Origin: Candidatus Nomurabacteria bacterium
GTDB taxonomy: Bacteria > Patescibacteriota > Minisyncoccia > Phycocordibacterales > UBA9973
Direction: 5' to 3'
Assembly (NCBI GenBank): GCA_026396015.1
Contig: JAPLXP010000003.1
Coordinates: 26,626-90,625, forward strand
DNA: 64,000 nucleotides
Shown one piece after another: positions 44,234 through 54,032 of this stretch. The first letter of the stretch is position 1. Each line of letters starts with the position of its first letter. The position numbers and the translations under genes were made by a program. The notes below the pieces were generated by a model, which was not told where the DNA came from, did no database searches, and saw only the letters and a program-made list of their open reading frames with translations.

Positions 44234-44417
44234 TTATTAAAACCTATGTATTGTGCCTTTTTTAGAATTGAACCCCTTGTTTTTTGGGGATAGACGAAAG
44301 AAAACTCTTGTAATCTATGTGGAAGAAGTGGTTATGTAAAAGTGACTTTAGTAGCATTTGCGTGTTTATTTAGGAAAAAGTTCTAATAAATAAGCTAACA
44401 ATATAATGCAAAAAATA

Positions 44418-44456
44418 AATCCCTCATGGGCATGGCCTATGAGGGATTATTTTTTT
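44418..44456. terminator. Bidirectional terminator (AATCCCTCA...TGAGGGATT stem family)
   Basis: aaatccctcatgggcatggcctatgagggattattttttt. Confidence 0.55.
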
Positions 44457-44462
44457 AAGTCT

Positions 44463-44798
44463 TTATTTGAGTAAATTCTTGAAGAATCCTTTAATTCCTT
44501 TCTCTTTTTTCTGAACTTCCTCCTTTAAGAAAAATTCTTTGTCTCCAGGAATTGCAGAAAATTTCTTCTCTTCAGTCTGAGCGTTTGTTTCAGACAATTT
44601 ATCTTTGATTTCCTCCTGAACCTTCGTGATTTGTGCTTGATTCCTTATGTTTTTCTCATCTATTTCCTCTTGTGTCATAGGTCGAGTCTCTTCTTTTAAG
44701 ACATATTCATCTTTAGCTATAATTGCAGAAAATTTCTTTTTTTCTTGCCCAGGTACAGTTGAGCCCTGGTCTTCTTTTTTGTTTAGTTCTTCGTTCAT
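44463..44798 (-). CDS. K/E-rich hypothetical small protein
   Basis: 111 aa, low complexity, internal repeat KKFSAI..KE..LKEE x2. Confidence 0.35.
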   Translation of the reverse strand: MNEELNKKEDQGSTVPGQEKKKFSAIIAKDEYVLKEETRPMTQEEIDEKNIRNQAQITKVQEEIKDKLSETNAQTEEKKFSAIPGDKEFFLKEEVQKKEKGIKGFFKNLLK

Positions 44799-45050
44799 GA
44801 TAAATATATTTTAAATCTTCGTATATATTTTGTCAATATTTTGTACTTCTTATTACACAAAACCTATCAATTTGACTTTTTGCTGAAATTTGCTAATATA
44901 GGCTAATCGCATTTTCTGCGTGCCCTCCTAAAAAAGGGACCCGAACCTTAGCTAGGTAAGGGAGAAAAAATAATTATTAATAATTTATGTTTGTATATTA
45001 TAATAGAACCTTTTAAGGCTCCGTTATTTTTATAAACCAATAAAACATAT

Positions 45051-46250
45051 ATGGCAGAAGAATTTAATCGTTCAAAGCCGCACGTAAACGTTGGTACTAT
45101 TGGCCACGTTGACCACGGCAAGACGACTTTAACAGCAGCAATCCTTAACACATTGGCTCGCCAAGGTGGTGGATATAGTGCAAAACTAAAGGGGGTAGGG
45201 GATATTGACTCAGCTCCTGAAGAAAAAGCTCGTGGAATCACTATCGCGCTTTCTCATAACGAGTATGAAACTCCAGCTCGTCACTACGCTCACATTGATG
45301 CTCCAGGTCACGCTGACTACATCAAAAACATGATTACTGGTGCCGCTCAAATGGATGGTGCTATCCTCGTAGTTGCTGCAACTGACGGTGCGATGCCTCA
45401 AACAAAAGAGCACGTGCTTCTAGCAAAACAGGTTGGTGTGCCACAATTCGTTGTGTTTCTAAACAAATGCGACATGGTGGAGGACCAAGACATGTTGGAA
45501 CTAGTTGAAGAAGAAATCCGTGATTTGCTTACAAAAAATGGATATGATGGTAAAAATACTCCAGTTATCCGTGGTTCAGCTCTAAAGGCTCTAGAATCAG
45601 CAGATAACAATGACGAATGGGCAAAGAAGATCCTAGATCTTACTAACGCTCTAGATACATACATTCCACAACCAGAACGCGATATTACAAAGCCATTCCT
45701 TATGCCAATCGAAGATATCTTTTCTATCGAAGGCCGTGGAACAGTGGTTACAGGTAAGATCGAGCGCGGTATCGTGAAAGTAGGACAAGACGTAGAAATC
45801 GTTGGTATCAAGGATACAGTGAAGACTACAGTTACTGGTATTGAAATGTTCAACAAATCTTTGAAAGAAGGTATGGCTGGAGACAATGCTGGAATCCTAA
45901 TCCGTGGTATCAAAAAAGAAGATATTACTCGTGGACAAGTTCTTGCAATCCCAGGTTCAGTTACTCCACACTCAGAATTCGAATGTGAAGTTTACGTTCT
46001 AAAGAAGGAAGAAGGTGGTCGCCACACTCCATTCTTTACTGGATACAAGCCACAATTTTACATCCGTACAACAGACGTTACAGGTGAATCAACTCTTCCA
46101 GAAGGTGTAGAGATGGTTATGCCAGGAGACACTGTTAAACTAAAGGTAAAACTAGTTACTCCAGTAGCTCTCGAAGATCAAACACACTTTGCTATCCGTG
46201 AAGGAGGTAAGACAGTCGGTGCTGGTGTCGTAACAAAGGTTATCGCTTAA
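45051..46250 (+). CDS. tuf: Elongation factor Tu
   Basis: [18 protein letters not shown] and NKCD G-motifs. Full-length EF-Tu. Confidence 0.95.
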   Translation: MAEEFNRSKPHVNVGTIGHVDHGKTTLTAAILNTLARQGGGYSAKLKGVGDIDSAPEEKARGITIALSHNEYETPARHYAHIDAPGHADYIKNMITGAAQMDGAILVVAATDGAMPQTKEHVLLAKQVGVPQFVVFLNKCDMVEDQDMLELVEEEIRDLLTKNGYDGKNTPVIRGSALKALESADNNDEWAKKILDLTNALDTYIPQPERDITKPFLMPIEDIFSIEGRGTVVTGKIERGIVKVGQDVEIVGIKDTVKTTVTGIEMFNKSLKEGMAGDNAGILIRGIKKEDITRGQVLAIPGSVTPHSEFECEVYVLKKEEGGRHTPFFTGYKPQFYIRTTDVTGESTLPEGVEMVMPGDTVKLKVKLVTPVALEDQTHFAIREGGKTVGAGVVTKVIA

Positions 46251-46345
46251 GTTAGGTGCTAGTAACTAGGGACTAGGTTCTAGTTTGAATTTAATTCAAC
46301 TAGAAACTAGAAACTAGAAACTAGAAACTAGAAACTAAAAATATT
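46251..46345. repeat. CTAG-built palindromic repeat (member 3) with a (CTAGAAA)x5 heptamer tandem array
   Basis: gctagtaactagggactaggttctagtttgaatttaattcaactagaaactagaaactagaaactagaaactaaaaa. Confidence 0.6.
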
Positions 46346-46699
46346 ATGACTACAACTACCGTTAAAAAAGAAAAAAAGGTGAAAGAGGATGGTATCGTCC
46401 GTCTCCGTATCCGCGTAAGAGCTTATGAAAATAAGATTCTTGACACTAGTGTCAAGCAGATTATCGATACAGCACTCCGCTACGATGCAAAGATCGTTGG
46501 TCCAATCCCTCTTCCAACTGAAATAAAGAAGTACACTGTGAACCGTGCATCATTCGTTTTTAAGAATGCTCGTGAACAGTTTGAAATAAGAATTCACAAG
46601 CGTGTTATCGATATCCTGAATCCAAATCCAAAGACTATCGAGGCGTTGACTAACTTGTCTCTTCCGTCCGGAGTAGATATTGATGTGAAAATGATGTAA
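46346..46699 (+). CDS. rpsJ: 30S ribosomal protein S10
   Basis: RLRIRVRAYENKILDTSVKQIIDTALRYDAKIVGPIPLPT matches S10. Protein has a ~15-aa N-terminal extension. Confidence 0.9.
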   Translation: MTTTTVKKEKKVKEDGIVRLRIRVRAYENKILDTSVKQIIDTALRYDAKIVGPIPLPTEIKKYTVNRASFVFKNAREQFEIRIHKRVIDILNPNPKTIEALTNLSLPSGVDIDVKMM

Positions 46700-46781
46700 T
46701 TAAAATTAGGTTTCAGTAGCTAGTGATTAGTTTTTAGTATTTATATACTAGACCCTAGAAACTAGAACCTAACCCCAATAT
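46700..46781. repeat. CTAG-built palindromic repeat (member 4)
   Basis: tagctagtgattagtttttagt...actagaccctagaaactagaacctaacc. Confidence 0.55.
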
Positions 46782-47381
46782 ATGAAATTTATTCTAGGTA
46801 AAAAACAGAATATGGTGCAGTTCTTCGATGAAGATGGCACAGTAGTCCCAGCAACGATTATCGATGCGGGTCCTATTGTAGTTACTCAAGTCAAGACTCC
46901 AGAGACTGATGGCTACACTGCTGTTCAAGTAGCATTCCTCGATCAAAAAAAGGAGCGTGCGACTAAAGCGCACCTGGGCCATGTTAAAGAAGGTGCTTAC
47001 AAGCATCTTCGAGAGTTTCGCGATATCGAAGAAATCGCAGTCGGTGATCGTATCACAGTGAGTAGTTTTGCTGCAGGTGATACAGTTATCGTATCAGGTA
47101 TTTCAAAAGGAAAAGGTTTTCAAGGAGTTGTGAAGCGTCACGGCTTTGCTGGAGGTCCTCGCACACACGGTCAGAAACACTCTGAGCGTGAGCCAGGTTC
47201 TATCGGCGGAGGTCTTCGTAATCGTGTACCAAAAGGTATGCGCATGGCGGGACGTATGGGTGGTGATCGTATCACAGTTCGCAACTTGAAAGTGGTCGGC
47301 GTAGATGTTGAAAACAACCAATTACTCATTAAAGGCGCAATCCCTGGACGACGTGGTACTCTAGTGGAAGTCATAGGATAA
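46782..47381 (+). CDS. rplC: 50S ribosomal protein L3
   Basis: ILGKKQNMVQFFDEDG...GKGFQGVVKRHGF matches L3. Confidence 0.9.
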   Translation: MKFILGKKQNMVQFFDEDGTVVPATIIDAGPIVVTQVKTPETDGYTAVQVAFLDQKKERATKAHLGHVKEGAYKHLREFRDIEEIAVGDRITVSSFAAGDTVIVSGISKGKGFQGVVKRHGFAGGPRTHGQKHSEREPGSIGGGLRNRVPKGMRMAGRMGGDRITVRNLKVVGVDVENNQLLIKGAIPGRRGTLVEVIG

Positions 47382-47385
47382 TATT

Positions 47386-48054
47386 ATGGAAACACAAGTA
47401 TACAATCAAAAGGGTAAGTCTGTTGGAACTTTAAAACTTCCAGAGACAGTATTCGGTCTTAAATGGAATGGCGACTTGGTTCACCAAGTTGTTACAGCGA
47501 TGCAGGCAAATGCCCGCACTCCTGTAGCTCACGTCAAAACTCGCGGAGAAGTTCGTGGAGGAGGACGTAAGCCATGGAAACAAAAGGGAACAGGTCGTGC
47601 TCGTCACGGTTCATCTCGTTCTCCAATCTGGGTTGGTGGAGGTGTTACACACGGTCCACGCAATGATAAAATCTACGCTCAAAAGATCAACAAAAAGATG
47701 AAAACAGCAGCATTGTTCACAGTTCTTTCAAAGAAATTCAAGAATGGTGAAATAATGTTTGTTGAAGATCTTTCAATGAAAAATATTAAAACAAAGGACG
47801 CAATAACTGTACTAAAAGACTTGAGTTCTGTATCTGGCTTTGAAAAAATGTCAGGTGGTACAAAACCAAAAGCTTATATCACAGTTCCTGCAAAAAATGA
47901 TGTCTTAAAGAAGAGTTTTGCTAACATCCCAATCGTTGAGGTTGATGAAGTTCGCAATATGAATCCAGTCGACCTTCTTTCATTTAAATATCTTATTATT
48001 GCTTCTCCGACAGAATCCGTTGCGTTTTTGGGAGGTAAGCTAGAAAAGAAATAA
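47386..48054 (+). CDS. rplD: 50S ribosomal protein L4
   Basis: GGGRKPWKQKGTGRARHGSSRSPIWVGGG matches L4. Confidence 0.9.
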   Translation: METQVYNQKGKSVGTLKLPETVFGLKWNGDLVHQVVTAMQANARTPVAHVKTRGEVRGGGRKPWKQKGTGRARHGSSRSPIWVGGGVTHGPRNDKIYAQKINKKMKTAALFTVLSKKFKNGEIMFVEDLSMKNIKTKDAITVLKDLSSVSGFEKMSGGTKPKAYITVPAKNDVLKKSFANIPIVEVDEVRNMNPVDLLSFKYLIIASPTESVAFLGGKLEKK

Positions 48055-48058
48055 TTTT

Positions 48059-48394
48059 ATGGCTACAACAAAAACAACTAAAAAAGCAGTAGAAAAGGTA
48101 GTAGATGAAAAGAAAGTTGCAAAGACACATCCTCTTATAAAAGGTCTTCGTATTACTGAAAAGGCAGCCAAGCAAGCTTTAAACAATGCCTACACATTCA
48201 ATGTGGCACCAAATGCAAATAAGAGTGAAATCAAAAAAGCAATCAAGATGATGTATGGTGTCTCACCAGTACGTGTGACTACTACACAAATCAAAGAAAA
48301 AATCACATTCCTTCGTGGAAAACTTGGAAAGAAACAAGGTGGTAAAAAGGCGGTCGTATATTTAAAGAAGGGCGATAAGATTGAATTTGTATAA
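48059..48394 (+). CDS. rplW: 50S ribosomal protein L23
   Basis: Position between rplD and rplB. LRITEKAAKQALNNAYTFNVAPNANKSEIKKAIKMMYGV matches L23. Confidence 0.85.
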   Translation: MATTKTTKKAVEKVVDEKKVAKTHPLIKGLRITEKAAKQALNNAYTFNVAPNANKSEIKKAIKMMYGVSPVRVTTTQIKEKITFLRGKLGKKQGGKKAVVYLKKGDKIEFV

Positions 48395-48399
48395 TTTTT

Positions 48400-49245
48400 A
48401 TGAAAACATATAAACCTACAACACCATCAAAGCGTCATCAGACTACTGTCTCTTACCGTAGCGTACTTACTACAGACAAGCCAGAAAAATCTTTGACTCA
48501 TGGATTCAAGCGTTCAGTTGGACGCAATCACCATGGTCGCATTACTACTCGCCATAAGGGGGGTGGTCACAAGCGTCTATATCGTGAAGTTGACTTTATG
48601 TACAACAAGCATGATATTCCTGCAAAGATTACTTCTATTGAATATGACCCAAACCGTAATGCATTTATCAGTCTCGCAGTATTTGCTGACGGAGAAAAGC
48701 GTTATGTAGTGGTTCCAAAATCAGTGAAAGTTGGAGATAAATTCATCGTTGGTGAAAAAGCTCCTCTTACAGTTGGAAACCGCGTTCCTCTAAAGTTTAT
48801 CCCAGTGGGTACATTCGTGTACAACATTGAGATAAAGCCAGGAAACGGTGGAAAGCTCGTACGATCTGCTGGAGCATTCGGACAAGTTGTTGCTAATGAT
48901 GCTGGTTTTACTAACATCAAGATGCCATCAACAGAAGTTCGTAAAGTTTCAGAAAATTGTTGGGCATGTATCGGTGAAGTTTCAAATGGTGAATATCATC
49001 TTCAGAATTTTGGTAAAGCTGGACGTTCACGCTGGAAGGGTATCCGCCCAACAGTACGTGGAAGTGCCATGAACCCTGTAGACCACCCATACGGAGGAGG
49101 TGAAGGAGCTCAAGGACGAGGTCTACGCCGTGCCAAGACTATGTGGGGAAAGCCATCTGGAAAGGGCCAAAAGACTCGTACACCAAAGAAATACTCAAAT
49201 ATGCACATTGTCTCACGACGACGTGTTGGAAAAGCAAAGAAGTAG
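48400..49245 (+). CDS. rplB: 50S ribosomal protein L2
   Basis: GRNHHGRITTRHKGGGHKRLYR and SAMNPVDHPYGGGEG match L2. Confidence 0.95.
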   Translation: MKTYKPTTPSKRHQTTVSYRSVLTTDKPEKSLTHGFKRSVGRNHHGRITTRHKGGGHKRLYREVDFMYNKHDIPAKITSIEYDPNRNAFISLAVFADGEKRYVVVPKSVKVGDKFIVGEKAPLTVGNRVPLKFIPVGTFVYNIEIKPGNGGKLVRSAGAFGQVVANDAGFTNIKMPSTEVRKVSENCWACIGEVSNGEYHLQNFGKAGRSRWKGIRPTVRGSAMNPVDHPYGGGEGAQGRGLRRAKTMWGKPSGKGQKTRTPKKYSNMHIVSRRRVGKAKK

Positions 49246-49349
49246 AAAAAACAAAAATAGTCTATCCTATTTTAAAAAAGTTCTATCACAAAAAGCACCC
49301 GAAAGGGTGCTTTTTGATTGCTTGACAAAATTATACCAGAATATATACT

Positions 49350-49631
49350 TTGGTATATATGACTACAACAACAATGCTTATAAAAACAAATAAAGAATTA
49401 AAAACCAAGGCTCAAATTCTCGCAAAAGAGATGGGCCTACCTTTGGGTACTCTTATAAACAATTATTTAAAGACTTTTGTGATTGAAAGACAGGCTGTCT
49501 TTACTGCCCCAATGCCCAATAAAAAGACTATAAAGGCTATTGAACAGGCAAGACGTGATATAAAGGCAGGAAAGAATTTAGTTGGACCATTTGATAATGT
49601 AAAAGATATGATGAAAAGCCTCAATTCATAA
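49350..49631 (+). CDS. dinJ: RelB/DinJ-family antitoxin
   Basis: LINNYLKTFVIERQAVFTAPMPNKKTIKAIEQARRDIKAGK parallels E. coli DinJ (LVRITLTKVAREKALPFDLREPNQLTIQSIKNSEAG). Confidence 0.6.
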   Translation: MVYMTTTTMLIKTNKELKTKAQILAKEMGLPLGTLINNYLKTFVIERQAVFTAPMPNKKTIKAIEQARRDIKAGKNLVGPFDNVKDMMKSLNS

Positions 49632-49645
49632 TCTTTAAAAATAAT

Positions 49646-49903
49646 ATGATATTTGGTTATTCTCATTCATTTAAAAAAGATTATAAAAAACTTCCTCCTA
49701 AAATCAAGAAGCAACTTGGTATTAGGATTGAAATTTTTAAATTAAATCAATTTGATCGAATCCTGAATAATCATGCCGTACATCATCCATATACAGGATG
49801 TAGAAGTATAAATATTACAGGAGATTTACGAGCTTTGTATGAGGTAGATGGTGATAAACTCATATTTATCCGAATTGGTACGCATAGTGAATTATATGAA
49901 TAG
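49646..49903 (+). CDS. yafQ: YafQ/RelE-family mRNA interferase toxin
   Basis: Size and C-terminus ALYEVDGDKLIFIRIGTHSELYE parallel YafQ (ILIYKLTDKLLRFERTGTHAALFG). Immediately follows the DinJ-like gene. Confidence 0.6.
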   Translation: MIFGYSHSFKKDYKKLPPKIKKQLGIRIEIFKLNQFDRILNNHAVHHPYTGCRSINITGDLRALYEVDGDKLIFIRIGTHSELYE

Positions 49904-50343
49904 TTAAATAAAGAAGCATCCGAAAGGGTACTTTTTGTTTATTTATTCTATATATTATGGAAAATATAAAGCCTGAGGATTATGAAAATTCAAAATATAT
50001 AATTCAAAACAAAATAGATATTAATTTTAATAATTTATTAAAATCTCAAAAAGTCTTTTTAAAAGTATCTAAAATTTCTTTAGTAATCGCAATTCTTGGA
50101 TTTTTTTTGGAGTAATAGGTATATTGGTGATGGTGGCAGAAATGGAAACATTTTTATGTTTTCTGGCCCAGTTTCGTTTATTTCATTTTTGGGTTTTAAG
50201 TCTGATTCAGTAAGATTATCTAAAATAGAAAAATAGCAAAAAGCACCCACATGGGTGATTTTGATTGGGGGTAGGGGAAAAATTTGACAATTATTTTAAA
50301 TTTGCTAGTATAACCCTACGAGCTCAGTTAGAGCTTCTTTATA

Positions 50344-50697
50344 TTGTATATGACAAGATCACTAAAAAAAGGCCCATATGTAGATGAAAGGCTCTTGAAA
50401 AAGATTGCCGGAAAAAAGCCGATTGAAACGGCTATGATTAAGACTTGGTCTCGACCATGTGTTATATCACCAGAAATGGTTGGTTTTATGTTCGGTGTAC
50501 ACAATGGTAAGACTCATGTCGAAGTATTAGTAAGTGAAGACATGGTGGGTCACCGATTGGGCGAATTCTCTCCTACAAAGAAATTCGTACGTCACGGAGG
50601 TAAAATGCAGAAAGAATTAGAACAGAAGAAAAAGGAGGCCGAGATTACAGCCGCAAAGTCAGCAAAGGCTACAACGACCGACACTAAGAAGAAATAA
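50344..50697 (+). CDS. rpsS: 30S ribosomal protein S19 (with K/E-rich C-terminal extension)
   Basis: [15 protein letters not shown]...[28 protein letters not shown] matches S19. Confidence 0.9.
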   Translation: MYMTRSLKKGPYVDERLLKKIAGKKPIETAMIKTWSRPCVISPEMVGFMFGVHNGKTHVEVLVSEDMVGHRLGEFSPTKKFVRHGGKMQKELEQKKKEAEITAAKSAKATTTDTKKK

Positions 50698-50707
50698 TAT
50701 TTAATTT

Positions 50708-51130
50708 ATGAAAGCATTTCTAAAAAACTATAGACAGTCTCCTCGCAAGGTTCGCCTTGTAGCGGGACTCATTAAAGGCAAAAGGGTTGCTGATGCTAAC
50801 ACGCATCTGTCTTTCTTACCAAAGAGAGCATCACTTCCTATACAAAAGCTACTGAATTCAGCTGTTGCGAATGCAAAGCACGCTGGTATCAATACAGATA
50901 ATCTGATCGTGGCTACAGTTACAGTAGACAAGGGTATCGTCATGAAGAGATTCATGCCTCGTGCTCGTGGTTCTGCTTCACGCATCAACAAGCGCACAAG
51001 TCACGTAGTACTAACTCTTGCTGAGAAGGTAACTACAGAAAAAAAGTCGAAATCAACACCAAAGAAAGTATTGGCCTTAAAAGTAGCAAAGACTACAAAG
51101 AAGGTTACAAAAACTGCTAAAAAAGCTTAA
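50708..51130 (+). CDS. rplV: 50S ribosomal protein L22
   Basis: RQSPRKVRLVAGLIKGKRVADA...KRFMPRARGSASRINKRTSHV matches L22. Confidence 0.9.
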   Translation: MKAFLKNYRQSPRKVRLVAGLIKGKRVADANTHLSFLPKRASLPIQKLLNSAVANAKHAGINTDNLIVATVTVDKGIVMKRFMPRARGSASRINKRTSHVVLTLAEKVTTEKKSKSTPKKVLALKVAKTTKKVTKTAKKA

Positions 51131-51143
51131 TCTATAATATTAT

Positions 51144-51806
51144 ATGTCAAAAGTTGTCCATCCATACGCACATAGAATTGTAATCCTCCGTGATTGGAAA
51201 TCACGCTGGTTTGCTGATAAGAAATACAGTGACTTGCTAGCAAGTGACGTTGTTATCCGTGAATTCCTAGCAAAGAAGCTACGTGGTTTTTATGTTTCTC
51301 GTGTTGATATTGAAAGAAATGCAAAAGCAACAAAGGTTATCGTTCACACATCTCGCCCTGGTATGATCATCGGACGTGGAGGGGATGGTGCTACAAAGCT
51401 AAAGGCAGATATAATCAAGGCCCTAGCAAAGCGTAGAATCAAGGCTACTGAAGATTTGAAGCTCGACATAGTCGAAGTATCAAATCCAGATGCAGATGCT
51501 GCTATCGTGGCATGTATGATCGCTGAAGGTCTAGAAAAGCGTCTTCCTTACCGCCGTGTACTAAAGCAGACAATCGAAAAGGTTATGGGTGCTCGTGGAG
51601 TAAAGGGAGCACGTATATTCCTAGGTGGACGTCTTGCTGGTTCAGAAATAGCTCGTACAGAAAATATTAAACGTGGTTCTATTCCTCTTCAAACTTTTCG
51701 TGCTGACGTTGATTTCGCTCGCGAAAAGGCCCACATGAGTTATGGAGATATCGGTATCAAGGTCTGGATTTACCGTGGTGAAGTCTTTAGTGACGAAAAA
51801 AAGTAA
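51144..51806 (+). CDS. rpsC: 30S ribosomal protein S3
   Basis: KH domain and IGRGGDGATKLKADI. C-terminal S3 signature. Confidence 0.9.
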   Translation: MSKVVHPYAHRIVILRDWKSRWFADKKYSDLLASDVVIREFLAKKLRGFYVSRVDIERNAKATKVIVHTSRPGMIIGRGGDGATKLKADIIKALAKRRIKATEDLKLDIVEVSNPDADAAIVACMIAEGLEKRLPYRRVLKQTIEKVMGARGVKGARIFLGGRLAGSEIARTENIKRGSIPLQTFRADVDFAREKAHMSYGDIGIKVWIYRGEVFSDEKK

Positions 51807-51819
51807 TTAAATAATCTTT

Positions 51820-52242
51820 ATGTTATTACCCAAAAAAGTAAAATTTAGAAAATGGCACACAGGTCGCAAGAGCGAATCTCGTATGCAAAGTGGAGTTGAG
51901 ACTCGTGGTCTTACTGTTGCTTTTGGTTCTTATGGCCTAAAAGCTATATCAGCTGGACGCATCAAATCAAACCAACTAGAATCTGCTCGTAAGGCTGCTA
52001 CTCGTGCAGCTACAAAGGCAGCTCGCATCTGGATCCGTGTTTTCCCTGATAGACCATTTACAGCAAAGCCAGCAGAGGTAGGTATGGGAAAGGGTAAAGG
52101 AGATCCACAAGGTTACTGCGTAGAAATATTCCCTGGACGTATGTTATTTGAAGTAGATGGTATTCCAGAGGCTCTTGCAAAAGAAGCACTCCGAAAAGCC
52201 GGTACAAAGTTACCAGTTAAGACTCGCGTGGTAGCACGATAA
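51820..52242 (+). CDS. rplP: 50S ribosomal protein L16
   Basis: [16 protein letters not shown]...[12 protein letters not shown] matches L16. Confidence 0.9.
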   Translation: MLLPKKVKFRKWHTGRKSESRMQSGVETRGLTVAFGSYGLKAISAGRIKSNQLESARKAATRAATKAARIWIRVFPDRPFTAKPAEVGMGKGKGDPQGYCVEIFPGRMLFEVDGIPEALAKEALRKAGTKLPVKTRVVAR

Positions 52243-52247
52243 TATAT

Positions 52248-52490
52248 ATGAACACAACAAAGATAAATAAGAATAAAGTACTCAAAGGAGTTGTAACAAG
52301 TGATAAGATGGATAAGACAATCGTAGTATCTGTAACTCGCTTCGTAGAACACGCAAAGTACGGAAAGCGAATCAAGAAGAGCAAGAAATACAAGGCTCAT
52401 GATGAAAACAACACAAAGAAAATTGGCGATGTAGTCGAAATCGAAGAGACAAAACCAATGTCAAAAGACAAGCATTTTAAGGTAATATAG
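52248..52490 (+). CDS. rpsQ: 30S ribosomal protein S17
   Basis: [22 protein letters not shown]...[31 protein letters not shown] matches S17. No L29 gene lies between rplP and this gene. Confidence 0.85.
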   Translation: MNTTKINKNKVLKGVVTSDKMDKTIVVSVTRFVEHAKYGKRIKKSKKYKAHDENNTKKIGDVVEIEETKPMSKDKHFKVI

Positions 52491-52571
52491 AATTAGTTTA
52501 TAGTAGCTAGGGGCTAGGTTCTAGGGATTGAATTCACTAGAAACTAGAAACTAGAACCTAATCAAAAATTT
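52491..52571. repeat. CTAG-built palindromic repeat (member 5)
   Basis: tagtagctaggggctaggttctagggattgaattcactagaaactagaaactagaacctaatc. Confidence 0.6.
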
Positions 52572-52943
52572 ATGATACAAGACGGAACAGTAGTAAAGAT
52601 CACAGATAATGCCGGCGGTAAAGTCGGAAAGGTTTTCAAAGTGCTTGGATCTTCAAAGCGTCGTTATGCTGGTATCGGTGACCGTGTAGTCCTCTCAGTA
52701 AAAGTTGCTGAACCTCGCAAGGGTGTAAAGAAAAAGGATGTTCTACAGGCTGTCGTTGTACGTACTACAAATGCATTTCGCCGTAAGGATGGTTCATACA
52801 TCCGTTTTGATGACAACGCAGTTGTAATCTTAGAAAAGGACAAGCAGGATCCAAAAGCAGGTCGTGTGTTCGGTCCAATTCCTCGTGAATTGGCAGAACG
52901 TGGTTACCAAAAGATCATATCTTTGGCACCAGAGGTGATTTAA
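52572..52943 (+). CDS. rplN: 50S ribosomal protein L14
   Basis: MIQDGTVVKITDNAGGK...RVFGPIPRELAERGY matches L14. Confidence 0.9.
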   Translation: MIQDGTVVKITDNAGGKVGKVFKVLGSSKRRYAGIGDRVVLSVKVAEPRKGVKKKDVLQAVVVRTTNAFRRKDGSYIRFDDNAVVILEKDKQDPKAGRVFGPIPRELAERGYQKIISLAPEVI

Positions 52944-52961
52944 TAATTTCAATATAATATT

Positions 52962-53177
52962 ATGCACGTAAAAAAAGGAGACAATGTAATAGTTATTGCC
53001 GGAGGAAGTAAAGGAAAGAAAGGCAAAATCGAAAAGGCAATCCCAACTTCAAACATGGTGGTTATTGAAGGTGTTAACATCAAAAAGAAGCACATGAAAG
53101 CTACTCGCGGAGCAAAAGGTCAAATCGTAGAAAAGGCTATGCCTATCCACGTTTCTAATGTTAAGAAAGTAAGTTAA
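52962..53177 (+). CDS. rplX: 50S ribosomal protein L24 (short form, KOW domain)
   Basis: [23 protein letters not shown] (KOW). Position between rplN and rplE. Confidence 0.8.
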   Translation: MHVKKGDNVIVIAGGSKGKKGKIEKAIPTSNMVVIEGVNIKKKHMKATRGAKGQIVEKAMPIHVSNVKKVS

Positions 53178-53184
53178 AATATTT

Positions 53185-53724
53185 ATGGAAACAACAAAGA
53201 CAAAAGAAAAGAAGGCATACAGTACAATGAAGGCTGAATTCGGCTACAAGAGTAGTATGGCAGCCCCACGCCTCACAAAGGTAGTAGTTGCTTGCGGTAC
53301 TGGTTCAGGTGTAAAGCGTGATAAGGATCGCAATAAATTTATTGCTGATCGTATCGCAAAGATCACTGGACAGAAGCCATCACTCCGTGGAGCAAAGAAA
53401 TCAATTGCATCATTCAAGGTTCGTGAAGGGGATCCAGTAGGAGTCATGGTGACTCTACGTGGAGCTCGTATGTACGGATTCCTAGACAAGCTAATCAATG
53501 TAGCTATCCCTCGTACAAAGGACTTTCGTGGAATTGAACGCAAGATCGTAGACAACATCGGTAATCTGACTATGTCTATCAAGGAGCACACAATCTTCCC
53601 AGAGACTGGCGACGAAGAACTAAAGGATGTATTCGGTCTAGCAGTCACAATCGTGACTACAGCTGGAGACAAGAAAGAGGCTACAAAATTCTTTGAGCTT
53701 ATCGGTGTACCATTCAAGAAATAA
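53185..53724 (+). CDS. rplE: 50S ribosomal protein L5
   Basis: VTLRGARMYGFLDKLINVAIPRTKDFRG matches L5. Confidence 0.9.
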   Translation: METTKTKEKKAYSTMKAEFGYKSSMAAPRLTKVVVACGTGSGVKRDKDRNKFIADRIAKITGQKPSLRGAKKSIASFKVREGDPVGVMVTLRGARMYGFLDKLINVAIPRTKDFRGIERKIVDNIGNLTMSIKEHTIFPETGDEELKDVFGLAVTIVTTAGDKKEATKFFELIGVPFKK

Positions 53725-53790
53725 TCTAGTTTTCATAAAAATCCCTCATCCGAGGGATTTTTTGTTAGTTATGGCGCATAATTCATTTAT

Positions 53791-54027
53791 GTGGTATTAT
53801 ATTTGTATATGAAATTCCCAAGTGTTATACAATTTTTTATCCAAAATGCTGAAGAGGGGGGTTACACCGCTTCTGCTGTTGGTTATTCTATTTATACTCA
53901 AGGAGAGACCCTCGATGAAACTGTTCGCAATATAACAGAAGCAGTTGAATGTCATTTCGGAGAAGATGAAGTAAAATCACGTTCTCTTCCCATTATGGTT
54001 AATTTTGCAGTGCCTACATTGGCGTAA
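53791..54027 (+). CDS. hicB: HicB-family antitoxin
   Basis: IQNAEEGGYTASAVGYSIYTQGETLDETVRNITEAVECHF parallels the HicB/UPF0150 core (EDGGY..FPDLPGC.T.GDTLEEA..NA.EAL.LH). Confidence 0.6.
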   Translation: MVLYLYMKFPSVIQFFIQNAEEGGYTASAVGYSIYTQGETLDETVRNITEAVECHFGEDEVKSRSLPIMVNFAVPTLA

Positions 54028-54032
54028 TCTCT

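Noticed and set aside
44880-45050. Possible tRNA upstream of tuf (tuf is often preceded by tRNA-Thr/Tyr/Gly)
   Set aside because: No cloverleaf with paired acceptor and T-arm could be built from gcgtgccctcctaaaaaagggacccgaacc or its complement.
49100-49393. ORFs 49100..49393 and 49143..49325 overlapping the rplB 3' end and the terminator
   Set aside because: They overlap the highly conserved L2 C-terminus in other frames and span a terminator hairpin. The DinJ-like ORF start lies downstream.
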